Below are positions 29,636 to 37,705 of a DNA stretch of 64,000 nucleotides, in pieces. The notes below the pieces were generated by a model. That model was not told the origin of the DNA, did no database searches, and was given only the letters and a program-made list of their open reading frames with translations. A program made the translations under genes and the position numbers. Source of the DNA: an uncultured Acidimicrobiales bacterium (GTDB taxonomy: Bacteria; Actinomycetota; Acidimicrobiia; Acidimicrobiales; Ilumatobacteraceae); the NCBI GenBank assembly GCA_963798445.1, contig CAWCTH010000005.1, positions 14,506-78,505 of the forward strand, in the 5' to 3' direction. Numbering within the stretch: the stretch's first letter is position 1; each line of letters begins with the position of its first letter.

Positions 29636-29901
29636 GCGCGCAGCCCGCGCGCTCGGACGCGCTGGGGCGCAGTCAAGCGCGCAGCCCGCGCGCTCGGAGG
29701 CGCGGGGCGCAGAGTGGCGGGGGCGCAGTCGAGCGCGCAGCCCGCGCGCTCGGACGCGCTCGGGGCGCGGTCCAGCGCGCAGCCCGCGCGCTCGGAGGCG
29801 CAGGGGCGCAGGGGCGCAGGGTCACGGGGGCGCAGTCAAGCGCGCAGCCCGCGCGCTCGGAGGCGCTGGGGCGCGGTCGAGCGCGCAGCCCGCGCGCTCG
29901 G
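29636..29901. repeat. array of six copies of a 21-bp GC-rich palindromic element GCGCGCAGCCCGCGCGCTCGG (REP-like)
   Basis: Copies start at 29636, 29677, 29733, 29775, 29840 and 29881, giving spacings of 41, 56, 42, 65 and 41 nt. Each contains AGCGCGC-agccc-GCGCGCT (stem 7-9 bp). The flanks alternate between two related versions. The array lies between the convergent bfr and peptidase genes. Confidence 0.85.
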
Positions 29902-29996
29902 GCGCCCTGGAGGGGGACGAAGTGTTCAGGCTGCGCGAAAACTGGGTGGTCAGGCGCGGCGGCCCGGGCTCGTCGGCGGCTAGCGCTCGTGGGCGG

Positions 29997-32081
29997 CTAG
30001 GGCTCGTCGAGGTCGAGGGCGGCGCGGAGGAACGCGAGCTGGAGCAGCAGCACGTTCTCGGCCACGACCTCTTGCGGGGTCATGTGGGTGACGCCCGACA
30101 GCGGTAGCACCTGGTGCGGCCGCCCCGCCGCCAGCAGCGCTGACGACAGCTGCAACGTGTGGGCCGCCACCACGTTGTCGTCGGCCAGCCCGTGCACCAG
30201 CAGCAGCGGTCGCTCCAGCCGGTGGGCGTCGGTGAGCAGCGACGAGCGGTCGTAAGGACCCGGGTCGTCGTAGGGGTCGCCCAGGTAGCGCTCGGTGTAG
30301 TGGGTGTCGTAGAGGCGCCACTCGCTGACGGGCGCGCCGGCGACGGCGGCGCGGAAGACGTCGGGGCGCCGCAGGACGGCGAGGGCGGCGAGGTAGCCCC
30401 CGAAGCTCCAGCCCCGGATGGCCACCCTCGACAGATCGAGGCGGGGATCGGCGGCGGCGGCGGCCAGCAACCCGTCGACCTGATCCTCCAGCACCGGCGT
30501 TGCCAGGTCGAGGTGCACCGCCCGCTCCCAGTCCGAGCCCCGGCCCGGCGTGCCTCGCCCGTCGATCACCACGACGGCGAAACCCTGGTCGGCGAACCAC
30601 TGCGACGTCAGGTACTGCGCCCGCGCCGACTGCACCCGTTGCGCGTGCGGGCCGCCGTAGGGGTCGAGCAAGACCGGCAGCCGGGCGTCGTCGGCGACGT
30701 CGTGGGGGACCACGACGGCGGCGGCCAGGCGGCGCTCACCCAAGCGGTGCAGCGTCACGTTCGGTCGCACCAGAGGCGTCTCCGCGAACGAGGCGATCTC
30801 GGCCCCGTTCAGGATGGCGGTGCGGTTGCCGTCGTGGTCGAGGGTGGCCCAGCGGATCACGACCGTGTCGCCGCCGACGGCCGCGCCGTGCACGCCGGAG
30901 CCGAAGGTGAGCGACTCGGTGCCGCGCCCCTCGGTCCAGCGCCACACGTGCACGTCGGCCGGCTCGTCGCGCCAGTTCGCCGTGAAGGTCACCTGGTCGC
31001 CACCGGCCGAAGCCACGCCGCGGACCTGGAGCTCGGGGTCGGTCACGGGACTGCCGTCGACGAGCAGGCGCCGCGCGCCGTCGCGCTCGGCCGCCATCAC
31101 CAGGCGCCCGTCGGCGAGGCAGCCGGGGGTGCCGGGGACCAGCTCCACCCACACTTCGTCGGCGTCCAGGTAGACGCCGTCGGTCGCCCCGCTCGACGGG
31201 TCGACGGCGAGCACCTCCACCCGGCGCTGGTCCCGCGACTGGACGGTGATGTAGAGCGTGTCGGGCCGAACCCAGAGCACGTCGACGAGGTACGGGAACG
31301 CCCGCCGATCCCACGCGACGTTGACGCGCGAGCCGTCCAGCCCGAGGAGGTGCAACGTGACGATGGCGTTGTCCGTGCCGGCGGCGGGATAGGCGATCTC
31401 CGTGGGCGGCGTGGCCGGGACCGCCGGATCGCCGATCCACCACCGCTGGATCGGCGACGTGTCCACCCGCGCCACCGCCAACCGCTCCCCGTCGGGCGAC
31501 CACCAGTAGCCCCGGGACCGGTCCATCTCCTCGGCGGCGACGAACTCGGCCGAGCCCCACGACACGTCGGCATCGTCGGGCTCGCCGGCGAGCTGGCGCG
31601 AGGAGCCGTTCAGTTCGGCGATCCGAAGCGACGAGCCGCTGACATAGGCGACCCGGCGGGCGGTGGGGTCAGGACGGGGGTCGAACACCGGGCCGGTCAC
31701 CGGCAGCTCCCGGGCCGCCGCCGAGATCAGGCCGGCCACGAACAGGCGGCCGTCGAGGGCGAAGGCGGCCACGACCGCGTCGGCATCGGTGGCGTAGGCC
31801 ACGACGCCCCCCGCGCTCTCGCGCGCCCTTTCCCGGCGCGCCCGCTCGGCCGGCGGGAGGTGGGCCTCGTCGGCGCCGGCCAGCAACGTCTTCGGGTCGG
31901 CGACGAGGCGCTCGGTCTCCGTGCCCACGTCGTGCACCCAGAGGCAGTTGACCGGATCGCTGCCGCCACTCGACCTGGCAAAGATGACGCGCCGGCCGTC
32001 CGGCGACACCGTGACATCGCGCGGCTCGCCGAGGGTGAAGCGGCGCGTGCGCGCGTACTGGCGGGGGAACGAATCAGTCAA
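29997..32081 (-). CDS. S9-family serine peptidase (dipeptidyl-peptidase IV / prolyl oligopeptidase-like)
   Basis: 694 aa. It has an N-terminal beta-propeller-like region. The catalytic elements are 'GWSFGGY' (Ser), 'HGLADDNV' (Asp) and 'GVTHM' (His). Confidence 0.85.
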   Translation of the reverse strand: MTDSFPRQYARTRRFTLGEPRDVTVSPDGRRVIFARSSGGSDPVNCLWVHDVGTETERLVADPKTLLAGADEAHLPPAERARRERARESAGGVVAYATDADAVVAAFALDGRLFVAGLISAAARELPVTGPVFDPRPDPTARRVAYVSGSSLRIAELNGSSRQLAGEPDDADVSWGSAEFVAAEEMDRSRGYWWSPDGERLAVARVDTSPIQRWWIGDPAVPATPPTEIAYPAAGTDNAIVTLHLLGLDGSRVNVAWDRRAFPYLVDVLWVRPDTLYITVQSRDQRRVEVLAVDPSSGATDGVYLDADEVWVELVPGTPGCLADGRLVMAAERDGARRLLVDGSPVTDPELQVRGVASAGGDQVTFTANWRDEPADVHVWRWTEGRGTESLTFGSGVHGAAVGGDTVVIRWATLDHDGNRTAILNGAEIASFAETPLVRPNVTLHRLGERRLAAAVVVPHDVADDARLPVLLDPYGGPHAQRVQSARAQYLTSQWFADQGFAVVVIDGRGTPGRGSDWERAVHLDLATPVLEDQVDGLLAAAAADPRLDLSRVAIRGWSFGGYLAALAVLRRPDVFRAAVAGAPVSEWRLYDTHYTERYLGDPYDDPGPYDRSSLLTDAHRLERPLLLVHGLADDNVVAAHTLQLSSALLAAGRPHQVLPLSGVTHMTPQEVVAENVLLLQLAFLRAALDLDEP

Positions 32082-32093
32082 CGCTGCGGGAGA

Positions 32094-33587
32094 TTACTCA
32101 GCGTGCACCAGACCCTCGACGTCCAAGGTGACCGCCCGCCCCACCCACTCGCCCTCGCGCATGGCCGCCAGGAGATCGGCGTCGGTGGACGTGCCCCAGG
32201 CGCGCCGGCCGTCGGGCGTGAGGCAGGTGGTGATGGCCTGCTCGGGGGTGCCCTCGCGGTCGTGCATGACGGTGTAGGCCTCGACGGTGGCGGCGCCGGC
32301 AGCGTCGGCCGCCTCGGCCAGCTCCACCGTCGGCAGCGCGTCGATCTCGGCCTGGATGGCGCCGGCGTCGAGACGGGTCCCACTCGCCGGCGGGGTCGTC
32401 GAGTACACGCCGAAGGAGTGCTTCGTGACGTAGCCACCGTTGGCCCACACGAGGCCGTAGGAGCCTGGTCGATGGCGAAGGTCGGACACGACCGTGGCGA
32501 TGGCGTGCATCACGTAGTTGTTCCAGGGGCCGCCGGCGAAGGCGAGGCCGCCCGTGCGGGTCAGCTGGCTCGCCGGGTCCAGGCCCAGCGCGGCGGCCCC
32601 GATCTGCACCGCCGACGGGAAGCAGGAGTAGAGGTCGACCACCTCGACGTCGTCGATGCCGATGCCGGCCAGCTCCAGCGCCCGCCCCCCGCCGAGTCGA
32701 ACCGCAGGCGAGGAGTGGAGATCAGCCCGGTTGGAGACGTACTTGGTGTCGTTGCAGTCGGCGCCGGCCTGGAGGAAGACCCAGCGGTCCTCGCTCACGC
32801 CGAGCTGGCGGGCCCGCTCCACCGAGCACATGATGACGGCGGCGGCCATGTCGACGTCGTTGTTCGAGTTCATGTACTTCGGATACGGCAACCCGATCAT
32901 GCGGTTGTTCGCGCCCGGCGTTCGGATCTCCTCGGCCGACAGCGCTCGCCGCACCCAGGCGTAAGGGTTCTCAGCCGCCACCGACGAGAAGCGCGCCCAC
33001 AGCTCGGAGACGCGGCGCTGGTGCTCGTCGGGAGCTTCGTCCGCCGCCGCCCGCACGGCCGTCTCGAGCATGGGGTACACCTGTACGGGCATGTAGATCT
33101 TGCGGGCGATCTCCGCCGGATGGCTCATGACGAACTCGGCACCGATGACACGTGACGGCGCTGCGTCCTCGGGCTCGGTGCGCCACGGCAGCGAGAACCC
33201 CGCCTTGCGGGCCTTCGTCCGCGTGCGCCAGCACTCCGATCCCGACAGGACGGCGATGTCCAGCTCGCCGCGCTGGATCTCGCCGGCGGTGGTGTTCACC
33301 AGCATCTGCGGGGTGTTGCCGCCCGGCGTCGTGTAGACGGTCTCCTTCGGCGAGAGCCCGAGGGCGTCGGCCACCAGTCGTGCCGGGTCGCGGTAGCGCC
33401 ACGACAGGAGCTGCACCACGCGCACCGAATCGACGGCCGGCACCGCGCCCACGCCGGCATCGGTGGCGGCGGCGCGGACGGCCTCGGCCATGAGGTCCAC
33501 CGGCTCGAGGGCGTCGTCGAATCCGGCGGCATGCTGCACCGTCTGGCCCACACCGATGATGACCGGGAGTCGGGGATCGATCGCCAT
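32094..33587 (-). CDS. thiolase-superfamily protein (acetyl-CoA acetyltransferase-like) with a ~100-aa C-terminal extension
   Basis: 497 aa. 'PVIIGVGQTV', 'DLYSCFPSAV', 'GGLAFAGGPWNNYVMHAIA'. Confidence 0.75.
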   Translation of the reverse strand: MAIDPRLPVIIGVGQTVQHAAGFDDALEPVDLMAEAVRAAATDAGVGAVPAVDSVRVVQLLSWRYRDPARLVADALGLSPKETVYTTPGGNTPQMLVNTTAGEIQRGELDIAVLSGSECWRTRTKARKAGFSLPWRTEPEDAAPSRVIGAEFVMSHPAEIARKIYMPVQVYPMLETAVRAAADEAPDEHQRRVSELWARFSSVAAENPYAWVRRALSAEEIRTPGANNRMIGLPYPKYMNSNNDVDMAAAVIMCSVERARQLGVSEDRWVFLQAGADCNDTKYVSNRADLHSSPAVRLGGGRALELAGIGIDDVEVVDLYSCFPSAVQIGAAALGLDPASQLTRTGGLAFAGGPWNNYVMHAIATVVSDLRHRPGSYGLVWANGGYVTKHSFGVYSTTPPASGTRLDAGAIQAEIDALPTVELAEAADAAGAATVEAYTVMHDREGTPEQAITTCLTPDGRRAWGTSTDADLLAAMREGEWVGRAVTLDVEGLVHAE

Positions 33588-33664
33588 CGCGCCAACCTAA
33601 GGGGCCGCTGGGGCTCGACGCACGTTCCCCGGACCGAGCGGCGAACGCCTCGTAGACTGGCCCG

Positions 33665-34912
33665 ATGCCTTGGCCGTCCGACGTCGACCCCGATCGCCAG
33701 CTGTTCGCCCTCCTCGACGACGAGCTGCGGCGCCAGAACACCACGATCCAGCTCATCGCGTCGGAGAACTTCACGTCGCCGGCGGTGCTGCGGGCCACGG
33801 GCTCGGTGCTCACCAACAAGTACTCCGAGGGCTACCCGTCGAAGCGCTACTACGGCGGCAACCAGGTGATCGACGAGGTCGAGGACCTGGCTCGGGAGCG
33901 GGCCAAGTCGCTGTTCGGGGCCGAGCACGTCAACGTGCAGCCGCACTCCGGTGCCAACGCCAACATGGCCGCCTACATGGCCATGCTGGAGCCGGGCGAC
34001 ACGGTGATGGGCCTCAGCCTCGACCACGGCGGCCACCTCACCCATGGGTCGCCCGTCAACGCCAGCGGCAAGCTCTACAACTTCGTGTCCTACAAGCTGT
34101 CACCCAGCGACGAGCGCATCGACATGGATGCCGTTCGCGACGTTGCCCTGCAGCACCGCCCGCGCATGATCGTGGCCGGAGCCACGGCGTATCCCCGCCG
34201 CATCGACGCCGAGCCGTTCCGGGCGATCTGTGACGAGGTCGGCGCCTACTTCCTGTTCGACGCCGCCCACATCGCCGGGCTCATCGCCGGTGGCGCCCAC
34301 CCGTCGCCCGTACCGCTGGCCGACATCGTGACGCTCACCACCCACAAGACGCTGCGCGGGCCGCGGGGCGGGGCCATCCTGTGCAAGGCCGAGCACGCCC
34401 AGGCCATCGACAAGGCGGTTTTCCCGGGCAGCCAGGGCGGTCCGCTCGAGCACGTCATCGCAGCCAAGGCGGTGGCGTTCCGCGAGGCCTTGGATCCAAG
34501 CTTCCGGGACTACGCCGCCCAGGTCGTCACCAACGCCGCCGCGCTGGCCGCGGGGCTCGGGGCCGAAGGCTTCCGCCTGGTGTCGGGCGGCACCGACAAC
34601 CACCTCGCACTGGTCGACCTGCGCACGTTCGACGCCGAGCTCACCGGCAAGCAGGCCCAGGAAGTGCTCGACCGGGCCGGCATCACCCTCAACCGCAACA
34701 CCATCCCCGACGATCCCCGGAGCCCCTTCGTGACCAGCGGCGTGCGGATCGGCAGCGCCAGCACCACCACCCAGGGGATGCGCGAGCCGGAGATGGCGTT
34801 GATCGCCCAGCTCATCGCCCGGGCCCTGCGGCACCGGACCGACGACGCCGAGCTGGCAGCCGTGCGCGACGACGTCGCCACGCTGTGCTCCAAGTTCACG
34901 CCGTATCAATAG
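33665..34912 (+). CDS. glyA: serine hydroxymethyltransferase
   Basis: '[35 protein letters not shown]' and '[15 protein letters not shown]' (PLP Lys). Confidence 0.95.
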   Translation: MPWPSDVDPDRQLFALLDDELRRQNTTIQLIASENFTSPAVLRATGSVLTNKYSEGYPSKRYYGGNQVIDEVEDLARERAKSLFGAEHVNVQPHSGANANMAAYMAMLEPGDTVMGLSLDHGGHLTHGSPVNASGKLYNFVSYKLSPSDERIDMDAVRDVALQHRPRMIVAGATAYPRRIDAEPFRAICDEVGAYFLFDAAHIAGLIAGGAHPSPVPLADIVTLTTHKTLRGPRGGAILCKAEHAQAIDKAVFPGSQGGPLEHVIAAKAVAFREALDPSFRDYAAQVVTNAAALAAGLGAEGFRLVSGGTDNHLALVDLRTFDAELTGKQAQEVLDRAGITLNRNTIPDDPRSPFVTSGVRIGSASTTTQGMREPEMALIAQLIARALRHRTDDAELAAVRDDVATLCSKFTPYQ

Positions 34913-34929
34913 CGACGGCTTCGCCGTCG
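34913..34929 (+). terminator. short hairpin immediately after glyA (CGACGGC-ttc-GCCGTCG), no U-tract
   Basis: Read directly. Confidence 0.3.
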
Positions 34930-35036
34930 GAGTCGAACTGATGTACGCAGGCGGTCATAGATGCCCGATATTCGCGTCAGTACGCGGGAGCGTGGCGTCG
35001 CCGTGCTGAGCCGTCGGCGCACCTAGCCTGGGCCGA

Positions 35037-36176
35037 ATGCCGGATTTCGCCGCCTACGTGATCGTGGGGGGCGTCGCCGCCGGTGTCACGTTGATCGCGA
35101 CGCCGCTGGTCCGGCTGCTCGCCATTCGCGCCGGCTGGGTCGTGCAGCCCGACGAGCGCAGGGTCCACACCCAGCCCACGGCCGCCGTCGGTGGCGTCGC
35201 CATGTTCCTGGGGTTCCTGGCGGCCATGGTCCTGGCCTGGAACATGGACCGGTTCAACCCCATCTTCGTCAACAACTCCGAGCCCCTCGGGGTGGTGCTC
35301 GGCGCCATCGTGATGTTCGCCGTCGGGCTGGCCGACGACCTCAAGAAATCGACGACCCACGACGGCTTGGCCGAGGGCATCTCGGCGCCGGCCAAGGTGA
35401 CGGGGATGGTGGTGGCCGGCGCCGTGCTCGCCTACTTCGGCGTCACGATGTTCTACTTCCGCATCCCGTTCTTCGACGTGGTGACCATCGGCCAGGACCT
35501 GGCTCCGCTGGTGACCGTGCTCTGGCTCATCGGGCTGGCCAACGCCATCAACCTGATCGACGGGCTCGACGGTCTGGCCGCCGGCATCGTCGCCATCGCG
35601 TCGGGCACGTTCTTCCTCTACGGCCAGCGACTGGACAAGCTGGGGCTGCTCGCGCAGCCCAACATCGGCCCCCTCGTCGCCATCATCGTGCTCGGCATCT
35701 GCCTGGGGTTCCTGCCCCACAACTTCAATCCGGCGCGGATCTTCATGGGCGACTCGGGCGCGCTGCTGCTGGGGCTGTTGATGGCGGCGTCGACGACGGT
35801 GGTGGGCGGCCGGGCCGATCCCAACCAGCCGTTCTCCGGTCAGACGTACTTCTTCTTCGCCCCGCTGTTCATCCCACTGGTCATCCTCGGCGTGCCCATC
35901 GTGGACACGGTGTTCGCCATCATCCGCCGGGCGACCCGGCGCTCGGGTGTCACCACCGCCGATAAGGGCCACCTCCACCACCGTCTGATGGCGCTCGGTC
36001 ATGGCCAGCGGCGCAGCGTGCTCATCCTGTGGTCGTGGACGGCGATCCTGTCCGGTTTCGTGCTGTATCCCGCTTACACCGGCGAAGGCAATGGTGTGGT
36101 GCCGCTCGGCATCGCCGCGCTGGGTCTGGCGCTGTTCACCGTGCTGCACCCGCAGCTACGGAGGGCGCGACGCTGA
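35037..36176 (+). CDS. wecA: polyprenyl-phosphate HexNAc-1-phosphate transferase (MraY/WecA glycosyltransferase family 4)
   Basis: 379 aa and polytopic. 'NAINLIDGLDGLAAG' and 'FMGDSGALLLG' are the family hallmarks. Its position after prfA-prmC...glyA matches rfe/wecA in other actinobacteria. Confidence 0.85.
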   Translation: MPDFAAYVIVGGVAAGVTLIATPLVRLLAIRAGWVVQPDERRVHTQPTAAVGGVAMFLGFLAAMVLAWNMDRFNPIFVNNSEPLGVVLGAIVMFAVGLADDLKKSTTHDGLAEGISAPAKVTGMVVAGAVLAYFGVTMFYFRIPFFDVVTIGQDLAPLVTVLWLIGLANAINLIDGLDGLAAGIVAIASGTFFLYGQRLDKLGLLAQPNIGPLVAIIVLGICLGFLPHNFNPARIFMGDSGALLLGLLMAASTTVVGGRADPNQPFSGQTYFFFAPLFIPLVILGVPIVDTVFAIIRRATRRSGVTTADKGHLHHRLMALGHGQRRSVLILWSWTAILSGFVLYPAYTGEGNGVVPLGIAALGLALFTVLHPQLRRARR

Positions 36177-37653
36177 CGTCGTGATCATCGCCGCTGCGAT
36201 GTTCCCGAACGGTGGCGGCGGTGATGCCCAGTAACAGCCAGAAGTACGCGTCCATCGGGAACAGCTCGAGGTAGGTGGCGAAGAACATCGAGAAGATGGT
36301 GGCCGCGAGGTACGCGGTGATGCCGATGCCGAGCGCCGAGTCCCGCTTGTCCTTGACCCGCTCGAGTCGCCGGCTCTCTCGCACGGCACCGAACAGGATG
36401 CGGATCAGGAACCACAGCCCGATAACACCGAGCTCGACCACCGTCTTGAAGTAGTAGTTGTCGGGCTGGTACACGCCGTTGGCGCCGAGGATGGGCGTGT
36501 ACACGTCCGAGTCGGGTTGGCTCAGGTCGATGCCGAACGCCGCGGCCTGCTCTTGCACGCTCTGGCCGTACGAGCGCGCCTTGGCGGCGCCCGTCTCGCC
36601 CACGCCGATGCCGAGCGGGTGATCGAGCACGCCGTCGATGTTCTCGGTCCAGTTGGCCGAGCGGGCTTTCGTGGAGTCCGACGACAGTGCCGACGTCGCG
36701 CTGGAACCCGGGATGAAGAAGATGGCCACCAGGCCCAGCGGCACCAATACGGCGATGACGGAGTGGAACCGGCGGATGCCGATGTACAGCAGACCGACGA
36801 TCAGACCGAGCATGGCGGTGCGCACGATGCTGGTGACGAGTCCGGCTACGAGCAGCGGTGTCGCCAGGAGGAACAGACGATTGCGGAGGCGAGTCAGATC
36901 GGCCAATGCGACCGGCACACATATGACGATCACCATCATCAGGAAGAAGCCGAACGAGAAGGGCAGAGCGAACGTGCTGATCGAGCGAAGGAAGCCGCCA
37001 TTGAAGCGCAGGACGGAGTTGTAGGCGTAGCCGAGCTGGTTGAGGCGCTCGTGGCCGATGAGCTGTTGAGCGACGCCGTAGGCCGCCGTCAGCACGCCGA
37101 GCCCCATGAGGATGCTCACGAACCGGTCGCGGTCGCGCTTGTCGAGGGGACAGCGCCAGGCGGCGTAGGCGAGCGCGAGGTACACGAAGTTGAGCTTCAG
37201 CCCCCAGAACGCCGCCTTCGACTGATGGATGCCGAACCAGGTCACGGACAGCACGACGAAGGCGACGAGCCACCAGAACCAGTCGGGCTTGGCCCGCCGG
37301 GCCACGCGCTGGATGCTGAAGAACGCGCAGATCGCCGTGAAGACGGCCAGCCCTTCCTTCCACGACGCCACCTGGCCGTCGATGCCGAGCGGCAGCCGCA
37401 AGCCGTCGAGCGGCAGGAGGGCGACCGCTAGGAGCACGCCTCGTTGCGGCCGTCTGGCGATCCACACCGCGGCGGCGATGCCGACCAACGCGACCAGCAT
37501 CAGGGGCAACCGTCCGGCCAGCGTGGCGCCAATGACGGCCAGCGTGATGAGGGCACATAGGCCGAATGGCCCATGCTTCGCAAACAGGCCGCGCGACCCT
37601 GGGAGGGTCCCATGATGTGCAGTAGTCTTTTCCCACACGGGCGGCTCCACCAC
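36136..37653 (-). CDS. O-antigen ligase / Wzy-type polymerase-like membrane protein
   Basis: 505 aa with about 10-12 TM helices. A large loop with 'HPLGIGVGETG' lies late in the protein, as in Wzy_C-domain proteins. Confidence 0.65.
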   Translation of the reverse strand: MVEPPVWEKTTAHHGTLPGSRGLFAKHGPFGLCALITLAVIGATLAGRLPLMLVALVGIAAAVWIARRPQRGVLLAVALLPLDGLRLPLGIDGQVASWKEGLAVFTAICAFFSIQRVARRAKPDWFWWLVAFVVLSVTWFGIHQSKAAFWGLKLNFVYLALAYAAWRCPLDKRDRDRFVSILMGLGVLTAAYGVAQQLIGHERLNQLGYAYNSVLRFNGGFLRSISTFALPFSFGFFLMMVIVICVPVALADLTRLRNRLFLLATPLLVAGLVTSIVRTAMLGLIVGLLYIGIRRFHSVIAVLVPLGLVAIFFIPGSSATSALSSDSTKARSANWTENIDGVLDHPLGIGVGETGAAKARSYGQSVQEQAAAFGIDLSQPDSDVYTPILGANGVYQPDNYYFKTVVELGVIGLWFLIRILFGAVRESRRLERVKDKRDSALGIGITAYLAATIFSMFFATYLELFPMDAYFWLLLGITAATVREHRSGDDHDVSVAPSVAAGAAR

Positions 37654-37705
37654 CGCAGTGTACTAGCCCCTCATTTCGGCGGCATTCTCACGAACAAGGA
37701 GCGGC

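Noticed and set aside
29636-29901. Regularly spaced 21-bp repeats that superficially resemble a small CRISPR array.
   Set aside because: The intervening 'spacers' are themselves variants of one another (GGGGCGCAG...). The repeat is a GC-only palindrome with alternating flank types, the spacings are irregular (41-65 nt), and no cas gene or leader is nearby. It fits a REP/minisatellite array better.
29714-29983. 89-aa ORF (AQSSAQPARSDALGARSSAQPARSEAQG...) lying over the hairpin array.
   Set aside because: Its periodic sequence is just the translation of the DNA repeat. No start context is present, and it lies between two convergent well-supported genes.
30159-33155. 998-aa plus-strand ORF, the longest in the track.
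   Set aside because: It runs antisense to the S9 peptidase and thiolase-like genes, which have clear catalytic motifs. Its translation is Arg/Gly/Pro/Val/His-rich and motif-free, typical of shadow ORFs in high-GC DNA.
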